DNA from: Felis catus
Lineage: Eukaryota
Length of the DNA: 64,000 bases
Direction: 5' to 3'
NCBI RefSeq assembly: GCF_018350175.1
Contig: NC_058369.1
Span: 7,256,001-7,320,000 of the forward strand
This document shows positions 23,861 through 36,300 of this stretch, piece by piece (within the stretch, counting starts at the first letter, position 1; each line of letters opens with the position of its first letter). The notes under the pieces were generated by a model that did no database searches, was not told the origin of the DNA, and was given only the letters and a program-made list of their open reading frames with translations. A program made the translations under genes and the position numbers.

Positions 23861-24579
23861 CCAATCCATACTTTCTCGTCACATGTTAGGCTTCAGCCGT
23901 GTCTGCTGTAATTAGGTCAATGGAAGCCATGGAAAGTTTTGCACAGCTGCAGCTGGTCAGCACTTTGCCTCAGGCCCAAATCCCATACCTCCTGCTTCCT
24001 GCCCTGAATCTTCTGTGACACCACAATATGGGACACCTGAGGGAATCTACTCTGTATTCATCGATGTGCAACCCAGAACCACAGGGGGCATTAAATCTAT
24101 CCAGGACCACCCTTGGCCAATAGAACTCCTGTCTTTTTATCTACCAAGTGGTAAGTTCTGAGACACACTTCATAATTTATATCAGAAGGGTTTGGTGAGA
24201 TGGGGCATCAGTCACCCATAGAGGGATCAAAATAATGATGATTCCTTTCATTGCCTTTCCTTCCTTCCCTGATTTACTCCCATTGTTCTGTATTCCTGCT
24301 CCCTAGGATCAAATTCTCCCCAAAAGCCTACCTGCACCAGAGACTTTTTGATGAGGACCAGTTTTCAAAAAACACATCACAAGATGAAAGAAGGGTAGCC
24401 ACATAGCATTTTGCTTAGGAAATACTAATAAATTTGTCAATGTTAATGATATAATACTAAACTATTAGCGACTCTATTAACATGACTCATTGTTTTATAC
24501 CTCAGTGCCCTTGTGTATGCTGTTTCTGATTTTATAGTTGATTCAGCCATTCCAGTGATGAGAATTCACAACTTAATTA

Positions 24580-26104
24580 AACTCATATTCATGCAAAATG
24601 TTGTATGCACAAGGTTGTTTATTGCATGATTGTTTGTTATCTGAAAACATCAGGAACAACCTACCAGTCACTAGGGAACTATTTTGATAAAAGAGGGCAC
24701 ATGTACACAATGTGTACAATAAAAAAAAAAAGCAAGATGTATGGTTTATCTACAATAAGCTACAACAGTAAATAAGCAAATTGAGCCAAGTTGCAGTGTA
24801 CAATATCAACACAGAAAAATCAACTGTGTTTCTATACACAACAACTAATCTGAAAATGAAATGTTTATAACTATAGTTACAACAGCATCAAGAAGAATAA
24901 AACACGTAAGGTTATATTTAACGATAGAGGTAAAAGATTTGTATATAGAAAACTAGAAAAATGTGGTGAAAAAATTACAGAAGACCTAATAAAACGCTGA
25001 TGAGATAACACTAAACACCTATTAGAACAGCTAAAGTGAAAAACAATACTAAGTGTTGGTGAGAATGCAGAGCAACTGGAACTCTCACACAATGACGGTG
25101 GGAATGGAAAATTGCACAACTACTCTAGTGGTGATTGGTAGTTTCCTCATTAGTTACATATACACTTACCATATGAAGCACTTCTCCCACCCCTAGCTGT
25201 TTTCTCGAGGGAATAAAAGAATTTGTGTGCACACAAACACCTCTACGAGATTATTTATAGTGGCTGTACTCAAAATTGCCCATAACTAGGAATAACTGAA
25301 ATGTCCTTAAGTGGATACATGGATTAAAAAAGTTGGCATATCCGTACAATGGAACAGGAGTCATCAATGAAAACTAAAAACACTACTCATGATGAAATTG
25401 ATAGACCTCAATCAGAGACATGATGCTGGGTGAAAGATGTCAGTAACAAAATGGCTACATACTGTATGATTCCATTTATATGACATAATAAGATGAAAGT
25501 ACAGTGATGGAGAACAGACCACTACTTGTTAGAGATAAGTGACGGTGTAATTACAAAGGATAACACAATAGGTTTTTTTGAGGGGGAGGTGATGTTGGTG
25601 TTCTAAATCCTGATAATGTGTGTAATATATATATGTAAACATATGTAAATATATATTTGTAAATATATATGTAAATAAATATATATGTAAATATATATTT
25701 GTATTGTTTCCCAGCAAGCATAATACCCAAGAGAAATAAAAAGACATCTGCACAGAAAAACATACATGAATTTTCACAGCAGCATTCCTCCTGATACCCA
25801 CAAAGTGTGAACAACCCAAATGTTCACTAACTGATGAATAAACAAAATGTAATATACCCATACAATAGAATATCATTTGCCAATAAAAATAAATGATATA
25901 TGCTACAAAACATATCAACCTTGAAAAACACGCCAAGAGGGGTACCTGGGTGGCTCAGTCGGTTAAACTCTGACTCTTGATTGATTTCAGGTCAGGTTGT
26001 GATCTCACTGCCGTGGGTTTGAGCCTCACATTGGGCTCTGCACTACTGACAGCATGGACCCAGAGGATTCTGTCTCTCCCTCTCTCTGCCCCTCCCCCAC
26101 TCAC

Positions 26105-26136
<32 letters not shown>

Positions 26137-26497
26137 AAAATAAATACTTTTTTTAAATGTTAAAAAAAGAAAAACATACAAAGAAATTGACAAAAGATGT
26201 ATGGTTTCATTTCTGTAAAATGACTATGAAACACAAATTGATAGAGAAAGAAAGATTTGTGGATGCTTAGATGTTGAGGCAGGAGGAAAATAAGATTTGG
26301 ACAGCCAAGGTACTTGCAGAACGATGCAAAGGTCCTAAAATGTAATGATTGCACCACTGTGTGAACATATTAAAAAACATGGAATTGAGTAGTTTTAAAA
26401 GAGTAAATTGGTGAGCACAAGCCCTGCTTCAGGTGAACACAAGCCCCATTTTGGGTGAGCCCTGTTTCTCTGGCTCCCTCTCCCTGTCCCTTGTGGG

Positions 26498-26534
<37 letters not shown>

Positions 26535-26650
26535 TCCTCACTCACTTGCACCCTTTAAATAAATAAATAAGTAAATAAATACTGTCTTTAAAAAGATGAA
26601 AAAGAGTAAATTGTTGACATGTGAATCATATCTCAATACAGCTGTTGCAA
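24580..26650 (+). mobile_element. Patchwork of old L1M fragments with SINE insertions
   Basis: L1 ORF2/3'UTR motifs (CAATATCAACACAGAAAAATCAACTGTGTTTCTATACAC; CTGTATGATTCCATTTATATG; TGTGAATCATATCTCAATA). Confidence 0.7.
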
Positions 26651-26864
26651 AACACAAAAGATAAACTCGAGATAATAGCTACATCAGTAAAAGCATCAAA
26701 AATTTCATGTCTCTGAAGAACCTTGAGAAGGAAGATGTAATAACCATTAGCTGCCATTATATTTTTGCCATTCAGTGCTAAAGCATAGTATAAAATCATT
26801 GTTAAAAAAGAGTATGATATGACTCTAAGTATATATTGCTGTCACAGAAGTCTAGAAACCAAAA

Positions 26865-27745
26865 CAGGTGTAAATAGAGCAATTCACTGTTTAATAAAAA
26901 GTGAAATTTCAAATTGTATGTCAAGGATAGTTTAGCAATAGATCATACTACACAGTAAGCTATCTTTGGGACCCACTACCCCATACCACATACTAAGATA
27001 GATTCTTGGAGGAATAAACATTAAAATGTCATTAAAACTAATACACCTCAGAAGACAATGGAAAATCTGCATGTCGTCTAGGGTTTGAAGAGAATTTTTT
27101 AAGGGAAGGCAAAAAAGCCAGAGATTATTTCTTCAAAAAGACTCCTTTGGCTACACAGAAATGAAGTATTTTATAGAAACAAATTAAAGGTGAAAGTACC
27201 AAAACAGTTATGCATTGAAGAGATGCGTAAAACACACTTGATAACGCACATAAACAATTCTTGATAAATGTACTAATAAATCAGGATTTAAAAGGACCTT
27301 TATTAACTTCATAACGACCACCCACTGAAATCCACATCACGCAGGACAATGGTAGAAACTTTAGAACTGTTGCTGAATAACTAAACATGCCTGGTATTGG
27401 TGCTGTCCCACAACTTAGTATGGAAACCCTGGCTCGTATTATGGCATGATTTGAAAAACAAAAAATCGAAATAAAAATACAGCTGTATATAAAGGAATTT
27501 ACTACATAACAAGAGGGGAATTTCGAATCAGCAGGTCAAGGATAGTTTACCAATAGATCATACTACAGTTGGCTGTATTTCTCAAGAGAAGGGAGAAATG
27601 GATCCACTATCCCACACTACTATCCTACGAAAATACATTCATAAAATATCACCGAACGTAAAACATTTTGAAAAAAATTATAAAATCTGTAAGTAATCTA
27701 GAGTTTGAAGAGAATTTTTAAGGCAAGGCGGGAAACCCAGAAATC
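26865..27745 (+). repeat. Old imperfect tandem duplication, ~615 bp period
   Basis: GTCAAGGATAGTTTA(G/C)CAATAGATCATACTACA at 26920 and 27535; TCTAG(G/A)GTTTGAAGAGAATTTTT at ~27077 and ~27697. Confidence 0.75.
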
Positions 27746-27759
27746 ACTTGTTAAAAAAG

Positions 27760-28540
27760 CGTCCTCTGGGACGACTCCTCCGCCCCCACCCCCAGCCTTG
27801 CCTTTCTGGCTTCTAAACACAGAACGGGCCTGGCTCCAGCCCCATTCGACTTCCTCGGGCCAGAACCCGCCCTCTGCCTTCGTGCTGGGCCAACTCCTGG
27901 GCCCTCAGCACCCACCGGTGACGACACTACCGCTTCCGGCCTTCAAAGCGTCGGGCGTGGCCGCAGCCCAAGCCCTGGAGCCCCGCCCCTTGCGGCGAGA
28001 GGCAGGAAGCGGAAGTGGCGTCACTGGCGCGCGGCGGTCTTTGTCCCGTGGCCTAGCGCCTTTCCGAGCCTCTCCTCTTGGTCGTCTTGCGGTGCTTGGT
28101 GTCGTCGGTGAGGCCGCGTGCCAGGAAGGTTCGGACGCAAGGAGGGCGTTAAAGGACAGGTGTGGCCCGGCCTCCGAGGGGCCTCCTTAAAGAGGCCGGG
28201 TCCCCTCCGCTCGCCCCCTTCGCGGCCGCTGGCGCCCGCGTTGGGCCGGCCGAGAGGAACGGTGAGGGCGCACCTGCGAAGTGTTTTCGGCCACGGTGCC
28301 TCCTTGTTCAAACTCCTCCTAAGTAACCTTTGTGACTCTTCTCCAGGAGGATGAGAATTTCCGCTGGGCAAGTCAGGTTGGCCCGGCCCTGCGGTGGTCA
28401 CCGCCCTGTCGCTCCTGGCTGTCCCGGTGAGCCCTGGGGAAGCGTTGGTTCAAAGGGCCCTTCCTCTAGAATGCAGAAAGACGTTTCTTGCGAGCATTTG
28501 GAATGTGTTTGCCGGTTCTTGTTGAGCGGCCCCTACAGGT
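27760..28540 (+). promoter_or_regulatory. CpG-island promoter / first exon(s) of the rightward KRAB-ZNF-type locus
   Basis: CpG-rich; GC box 27982-27990, then GGCAGGAAGCGGAAGTGGCGTCAC 28001-28024; candidate donors CAG|GTGTGG ~28160 and CCG|GTGAGC ~28427. Confidence 0.82.
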
Positions 28541-29585
28541 AGAAAGAAAAGAGACTTGTTAGGTTCGAGGGTGTTCATATTTCTCTAGATAAATACGAAC
28601 ATGTGTAAGCCACAAGTCATCCTTCCAGGTGAAAGTAAGAATGCTCAGCTGTCTTGTCCTCTGATCGTCCTGGGGCCCTGCCTCCCCCACAAACTATCAG
28701 AAGAAGGGCCTCCAGGAGAAAAAGACGTTATGGGCTTTATAGCGCTGGTTCCAGAATGACCGAGTTTACCCTTAACAAGATGTGTGGACTAAGTGTGGTC
28801 TTTGCCCTCAGTTTTTGTGCTGTAAAATCTGAAGCTTTCAACAGAATTTGATCATCCAGCACAGTGAATGTTGGTTATAGTAGTTTCACCCATTTTGACC
28901 ATTTTGCATGTTTGCTCTCTGCATAACAATACATTTTACGGGAACTGTATGAGAGTGTAAGTTGAAAATGAAATGCATACATGATACTTTTCTTTTAAAT
29001 ACTTGGTAATGTATCTTGTAAAAGACGTTATCCTGCTAAAACCACAGTTCTTTCTTTGACCCAGGAAGATTGAAAATGAAAATGCCTCTTAAATCTGCTC
29101 CGTGTAAAAGCTGAACTTCCCCACATTATTCTAACATAAGTTTTTGGTGATTTTTGGATCTAAGACCCAGTCAGTTTATATATGATGATTATTTCAGTCT
29201 TTTAGTCTTTTTTTTTTTTTTAAGTGTGTTTATTTTGAGAGAGAACAAGTAGGGTAGGGGCAGAGAGAGTGGGGGACAGAGGATCCTAAGTGGGCTCCGT
29301 GCCGATTGTAGAAAGCCCAGTGTGGGGCGTGAACCCACAAACCGTGAGATCATGACCTGAGCCAAAGTTGGAGAGGCTTAACCGACTGAGCCACCCAGGC
29401 CCCCCTTTTAATCTTTTTTAACCTACTGTATTCCTTTTTGTTTGTGCATTACATTGGCTCTTTATGAGTCTTATGTGTTCTTTTAGAAAGTCACACATTT
29501 TGAAAATTCTGATTTTTGTTCACAATATTTTTAGATGTTTCCTCCATTTCTTGTATTTTCTGTCAACTGGTAATTGGGTCCAGAA

Positions 29586-29785
29586 CAGAGGGTGGCAAAC
29601 TTTTTGTCTGGAAAGGTCTAGAAAGTAATTACTTGATGGTCTGGAGGCCATAAGGTATCAGAATTACTCAGCTCTGCCTTTGTAGTTTTCAGGCAGTAAT
29701 AGATCTGAGTCAACAAATGGGGATAGGTGTTCCAAGAAAACTATTTAGCAATCAGCCTTGTGACCAACGTGTGCCAGTTCCTGAT
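29586..29785 (+). mobile_element. MER58-type hAT DNA transposon
   Basis: CAGAGGGTGGCAAACTTTTT...TACTCAGCTCTGCC...GTGTTCCAAGAAAACTATTTA...TGCCAGTTCCTG. Confidence 0.7.
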
Positions 29786-32571
29786 GTAGAGGCTTCAAAC
29801 ATCGTTTCCAAATATCCTATAGGTGATGTTGTGTACATCAAATTGCATTCCATCAGGAAGACTTGAATTTATACCATTCCTCAGATGCCCAGTTTGATTG
29901 CCTGCTTAAGTTAGTGATCACCAGAGCTCTCTGTTTTCAAGATAGACGTTTCCTTTGGAATAACAAAAGTCACATATGGGGTGACTTTTTTTTTTGAGAG
30001 AATGTGCAAGCACGCCCACTTGGGAGAGGGGCAGAGGAAGAGAGAGAGAGAATCTTTAAAAAAAAAAATTGTTTTTTAATGTCTATTTATTTTTGAGAGA
30101 GAGAGACAGAGTGTGAGGGGGGAGGGGCAGAGAGAGAGGGAGACAGAATCTGAAGTAGGTTCCAGGCTCTGAGCTGTCAGCACAAGAGCCCAGCGCGGGG
30201 CTTGAAATAGTAGACCGCAGACTGTGAGATCATGACCTGAGCTGAAGACCAACTGACTGAGCCACCCAGGCGGAGAGGGAGAGAATCTTAATCAGGCTCC
30301 ATGCCCAGGCTGGATCACACTCTTTCTAAAGTAATACAATATAATATATATTATATATGTAATATTACATAATCATACTCTAAAGTTAAATAATATTTAT
30401 TATTACACTTAATGTATATATGCTTTAAAAAAGATGTTTAACCAACTGAGCCAACCAGGCATCCTGGGTTTATTTTGATACTCATAAGATTCTGAGTATT
30501 TTTGAGTATTCTTTCTAAGTACTTTTTTTTTTTTTTAGAGAGAGAGAGAGGGGGCACATGGTGGCGTGGGGGGAGAGGGAGAGAAAGAATCTTAAGTAGG
30601 CTCTATACTCATCAAAGAGCCTGACACAGGGCTCCGTCCCATGACCCAGAGATCCTAACCTGAGCCAAAATCAAGAGTCAGATGCTCAAACGATGAGTCA
30701 TCCAGACACTCACTAACAATTGCTTTAGTTCTGTTAATACATGTGTGAGTAAATTTTTGTGTATAGTGTTTCACATTTGTGGGGGTGTGTTTCAAGGTAA
30801 GGGTAAGCTGCTCAGGTTGGTTTTCTTGGTCAAAGGGCAAGTATACAGGGCCCCCTGGATGGTTCAGTTGGTTAAGCAGCCATCTCCTGTTATCAACTCA
30901 GGTCTTGATTTCAGGATCATGAATTTAAGCCCCATGTTGGGCTCCATGCTGGGCCCAGAGCCTACTTAAAAAAAGAAAAAAGGACAAATGTACATATTTT
31001 TAGATGGATACTATAAATTCTGTTAGAAAATTATTGTGGCATGTGTCAGTTTGTGAATCACCTTTTTAAAACTTCTAAAAATTAAGGAGAAACATAAGGA
31101 AGAAATTTTATTTATATTGTCTGGGCACTTGTTTCAAAAAGAATATTGTGTCCGTTTTTATCTGAGTACTCAAATGCCTTTGCAGAAGTACAATGTTTTG
31201 TTTTATGTTATAGTGTGTGCAAACATTTTATGTGAGACTTAAGTGGTTTTTATGGTGTAACTCTATTTTTGTCTTCCTTTTCTTTGTACTGTACTGTAAC
31301 ATTTTTGGTAGTTACAGAAATTGTCTCACATCCCACAAGGGGTCATTGAGTTCCTTTAATAAACTAGACTGTGTTCTTGGGACAGGGAAGTAATAGCCAT
31401 CAAAACATAGTACTGCCACCATACGGCTTCTAGTCTATCTGAGAGTACAGACTTCAAGTGAATACTGGCAAGTTTGTGACAGGAACGTACGAATGGCACA
31501 ATATGAGGTGGTAATACCTATTGGGAGGGATTGATACAGATTATATATATGTGTGTGGATATATTTATATATTTTTTAATGTTTATTTTTGAGAAAGAAA
31601 CCACAAGTGGGGGCAGGGGCAGAGAGAGAAGGGGACAGAGGATCTGAAGCAGTGTCTGCACCGACAGCAGTGAGCCCCAAACTCATGAACCTTGGGATCA
31701 TGACCTGAGCCAAAGTTGGACGCTTAACCGACTGAGCCACCGAGGCATCCTGGGAGGGACTGATATTTAACTTCTGAAGGGAAGCAGAGCAGGATTTACC
31801 TAGGCAGATTTTGAATGGGGGTGAGGATTTGTAGAGTGGGTAAGAAGGATGTCAGGTGGAGGGAACTTCATGAGCAAAATAGAGCTTAGTGTATTTCTTG
31901 AACTGATGGAAGAGTGTTGGGAGAAGGTGAACAGACAGCGAGTGGTGAGAGATGGAGTAGAGGACAAGGGCAGGACCACGGGAAAGAGTAAGGCAGTCTA
32001 GCCAGTATTCTAAGGCCATTGACACTTCTGAAGTGCCTAAGCAGGGGAATGATTTGAATCCATTTACAACATAGATAGAATTCACTAACTCCCACTTTGG
32101 GAATGGATAAGAGTGAGGGTATGGAGTCAGGATAGAATTTTAGGATGCATAAGTTTTATCTTTATTTATTTATTATTAAAGAAATACTTTTTTTAATGTT
32201 TATTTTGAGAGAGGGGGAGGGAGGAGCAGAGAGATCTAGTTTAAAGGGTTCAAGGGGCACCTGAGTGGTTCAGTTGGTTGAGCATCTGACTTCGGTTCAG
32301 GTCATGATCTTGCAGTTGACGAGTTTGAGCCCCACATCGCGCTGTGTGCTGACAGCTCAGAGCCTGGAGCCTGCTTCGGATTCTGTGTCTCCCTCTCTCT
32401 CTCTGCCCCTCCCCCGCTCATGCTCTGTCTCTCTCTGTCTCAAAAATAAATACACATTAGAAAAAAAATTTAAAGATTGTTATTGATTCTTCTCGAAATG
32501 TTTGTTAGAATTCACCAGGGAGCCAGTTGATCCTGCTCTTCTGATTTTTGGGAGTTTTTTTAATTACTTGT

Positions 32572-34031
32572 TGATGCAAAAATGAACAAAGCTTCTAGAA
32601 TTTCTAAATAAAAATTTTTTTTTTAAAAAGGAAGAGAGTTTTATTCCCGATGCCTGGGATACACAGTCTTCACCAAAGCATGGTAGCTCCAGTAAAGGAA
32701 CATTTAGTGTAGGGTTGTATAAATCTTTTACATAAAAGGTTGCAAATTATTAGACAGGACATTTCAGAAAGCTGCAGACCTTACTGTAAGACTCTAGTGT
32801 ACGCAGGGCCATCTGACTTTAATCTTATAGGAACGAGGGAACTTTCTTCTTTTTTCTTATCTTTCGTGTTTGGAATGTTTGGTTTTCTTTCTTTTTTTTT
32901 TCAATTTACATCCAAGTAGTTAGCATATGGTGCATTAATGATTTCACCAGTAGATTCCTTAATGCCCCTTACCCATTTAGCCCATGCCCCCTCCCACAAC
33001 CCCTCCAGCAACCTTCTGTTCTCCATATTTAAGAGTCTCTTATGTTTTGTTCCCGTCCCTGTTTTTATATTATTTTTGTTTCCCTTCCCTTAGGTTCATC
33101 TGTTCTGTGTCTTAAAATCCTCATATGAGTGAGGTCATATGATATTTGCCTTTCTCTGACTGACTAATTTCTCTTAGCATAATCCCCTCCAGTTCCGTCC
33201 ACATAGTTGCAAATGGCAAGATTTCATTCTTTTTGATTGCTGAGTAATACTCCATTGTATATATATCCCACATCTTCTTTATCCATTCATCCATCGATGG
33301 ACATTTGGGCTCTTTCCATACTTTGGCTATTGTTGATAGTGCTGCTATAAACATGGGGGTGCATGTGCCCCTTCGAAACAGCACACCTGTATCCCTTGGA
33401 TAAATGCCTAGTAGTGCAATTGGTGGGTCATAGGGTAGTTCTATTTTTAGTTTTTTGAGGAATCTCCACACTATTTTCCAGAGTGGCTGCACCAGTTTGC
33501 ATTCCCACCAGCAGTGCAAAAGAGATCCTTTCTCTTTGCATCCTCACCAACATCTGTTGTTGCCTGAGTTGTTAATGTTAGCCATTCTGATGGGTGTGAG
33601 GTGGTATCTCATTGTGGTTTTGATCTGTATTTCCCTGATGATGAGTGATGTTGAGCATTTTTTCAACCAATGTGTCGGTTGGCCATCTGGATGTCGTCTT
33701 TGGAGAAGTGTCTCTTCATGTCTTTCGCCCATTTCTTCACTGGATTATTTGCTTTTTGGGTGTTGAGTTTGATAAGTTCTTTATGGATTTTGGATACTGA
33801 CCCTTTATCTGATATATCATTTGCAAATATCTTCTCCCATTCTGTCGGTTGCCTTTTAGTTTTGCTGATTGTTTCCTTCACTGTGCAGAAGCTTTTTATT
33901 TTGATGAGGTCCCAGTAGTTCATTTTTGCTTTTGTTGCCCTTGCCTCCAGAGACGTGTTGACTAAGAAGTTGCTGTGGCCAAGATCAAAGAGGTTTTTGC
34001 CTGCTTTCTCCTTGAGGATTTGGGTGCATCA
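32572..34031 (-). mobile_element. Probable short solo LTR interrupted by an L1
   Basis: TGATGCA...TGCATCA inverted termini flanked by ACTTGT on both sides (32566-32571 / 34032-34037); minus-strand AATAAA ~32640. Confidence 0.5.
32885..34020 (-). mobile_element. 5'-truncated L1 (ORF2 C-terminus plus 3'UTR)
   Basis: ORFs MNYWDLIKIKSFCTVKETISKTKRQPTEWEKIFAND... and [31 protein letters not shown]... are L1 ORF2. Confidence 0.95.
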
Positions 34032-34039
34032 ACTTGTAA

Positions 34040-36300
34040 GGGCAGTAGGTACATACCAGTAATCCGAATGCTTTGGCATACTGAGATCTCTCATTATGTG
34101 TCATTTCCATTTGATGATAGAATGCTACTGCCTGTGCCCAGTCTCATAAGATAGGCACGTCAGACAATACCCAGTTCGTGATGGGACACTAAATCCACTT
34201 GGTCACTTGATGTCTCATGGTTACTTATTTAGTCTCTACCATGTATTTATTAGTGGTAAGCCATAAGTTGTTCCTGAAAAGAGTAGGTATATGTAGAAGA
34301 GGTCATAGATTTGCTCCAACCTACAAGACTATGCCACGAATCTCCTTCTCGTGGTTGCCAGAGACTACCAACAACTTCCTGTTGACTGTGGACAATTCAA
34401 GTGCCTTGGGAAATGATGGCTCACAGGGATTAAGTGCTTGAGAAGTTTGTACTGCTGCCAGAACTTGCTGCAGAATGCTCTCACTCTGGTCACACTTAAA
34501 TCTGGAGGCCTTATAGGTGACTCTGTAGATGTATTAAAGTACATTCAAATGTGGTATATGTTACCTCTAATCAAGAAGTTGTGTCAGGGGCACCTGGGTG
34601 GCTCAGTCGGTTAAGCATCTGATTTCGGCTCAGATTATGATCTCAGTTTGTGCGTTCGAGCCCCACCTTGGGCTCCACACTGACAGTGTGGAGCCTGCTT
34701 GAGATTCTCTCTCTCCCTCTCTCTGCCCCTCCCCAACTCATGCTTTCTCTGTCTCTCAAAATAAATAAAAATAAGTTCTCTGTCAAATGGTATGCCTTTT
34801 GGTGGGGGGAGCAGAAGGCATTACGTACAGTAACTTGGACCAATTCCTCGTGGGGCTGTCTTGACATACCTGCCCCTGAACTTGGTTGAGTTGGTATACC
34901 ACTCCTTTGTGCATGTTTTATAAAGATGTGTAAAGTATCTGCTACTTTTATTGGGTCCAATCCCCGTAATGTCCACATGGTGGACCATGTGTTGTGTTGT
35001 GGAAAGTCAAGACCTTTGAGGACTGTGTTTTGGCAGGGTACAGGAGAATGGACACAGCCCTGGGCCAGTGCTGTGGAGGTACACTCTCGGTCTTGCCAGG
35101 TAAAAACCAGATGCTTCCAGTTATTTTATGAAATTTGTATGGAGAAAAGGGCGTTACCTACATCAGTAGCTGCATTCCAGATGCCAGAGTTGGTGCTCGT
35201 TTGTTCCAGTAATGATACTATATTTAGAATCAGCATTACTAATCTTGTTCCCCAATACCTTTGAGGAAAGGGTGGCTTCTGGGCCTTCAGCATAGATTGA
35301 CGAAGGAGGTCTGTGCAGGCCACACGTGATATATACAGGCAACATTGCTGTCTCTAGGATTGGCTCCTTCATGTTACGCCAGGGAAACTTTGCCTTATCG
35401 TCATCATTAACCATAGGTCAGCATGGAGTCCAAATTTCAACCATCTTACCAAAATAAGCTGTTAGAGCCATCCCCAAATTCATGAGCTAATATGTCAAAT
35501 CCAAATTTTCTAGTATGTACACCCATGTCTTTGAAACAGCTCTGTCTTACATGATACTCTATCCTCCTTGGTCTAACACCCTAAAATCCATTTTCACATA
35601 TTCCTCAAGATTTTTATGATGCATGTTAGTGGAGTTGGAGTTATTTTTGCAGCTATTGTCTTCTACCTTATAGTTTATACCTGTCCCACGGGATTTTGTA
35701 TTAATTGTGAATCTAGAGACATAGCAAGTGGTTGTGGTGGATCTTAAGAACAAGCATTTCCTTGCCGAGTATCTGCACCAAGTGAGATTATCAAAGCTTT
35801 GTCAAGTAGAAGAAGGCTAGTCTCCTCAGAAACTAAGGGACAAGCTACCTTCTTGACAAGAGAGGTTCAGTGTCTTGTGGCTTCCTAGTCATGCGTTTGA
35901 TCTGGGTCCAAGTAGGTGTCCCCATTTCAAAGTTCACCTGTCATTTTTTTTCCTGACTAATACCTTCATTTTCACATCAAAAACTAGATGAGACTGACCT
36001 TAGCTGCTGTTGTAGAAATACATTTGATAAATAATACAAAACATGGGTTCTCTGAAAAGATTCATAAAACAGACACATGTTAGGCACAGTGTGATTTGGA
36101 ATTGCTCCTCTGCCAAGGCAAGAAGGAGGGAACAGACCTGATGGACTTGAGTGTTTCCCACCAAGACACTGTTGAGAGTACACAGTATTTGAAATGTATT
36201 CTGAGGGGTTTTTGGTCAAAACCTTGGCATTCTCTTTCTTACCTTTTTGTATCAAAGGTAGACCAACCGATGGTTCTCTTTTCTGTCTTTACCCAGAAAC
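34040..36300 (-). mobile_element. Ancient ERVL-class internal (gag/pol) remnant
   Basis: Minus strand at ~34530-34410 reads IYRVTYKASRFKCDQSESILQQVLAAVQ, resembling ERVL pol IYQVTRKAASFEWGPEQEKALQQVQAAVQ; heavily degraded, with a SINE at ~34587-34775. Confidence 0.6.

Noticed and set aside
25615..25705. TA-rich repeat and other microsatellites ((GA)n, (TATC)n, poly-G at ~5060)
   Set aside because: Ordinary simple repeats, mostly within SINE, L1 or LTR bodies.
27705..28401. 161-aa and 126-aa ORFs (and similar ORFs at 1454-2317)
   Set aside because: Low-complexity Pro/Arg/Gly/Ala ORFs expected by chance in GC-rich CpG islands; no recognisable domain.
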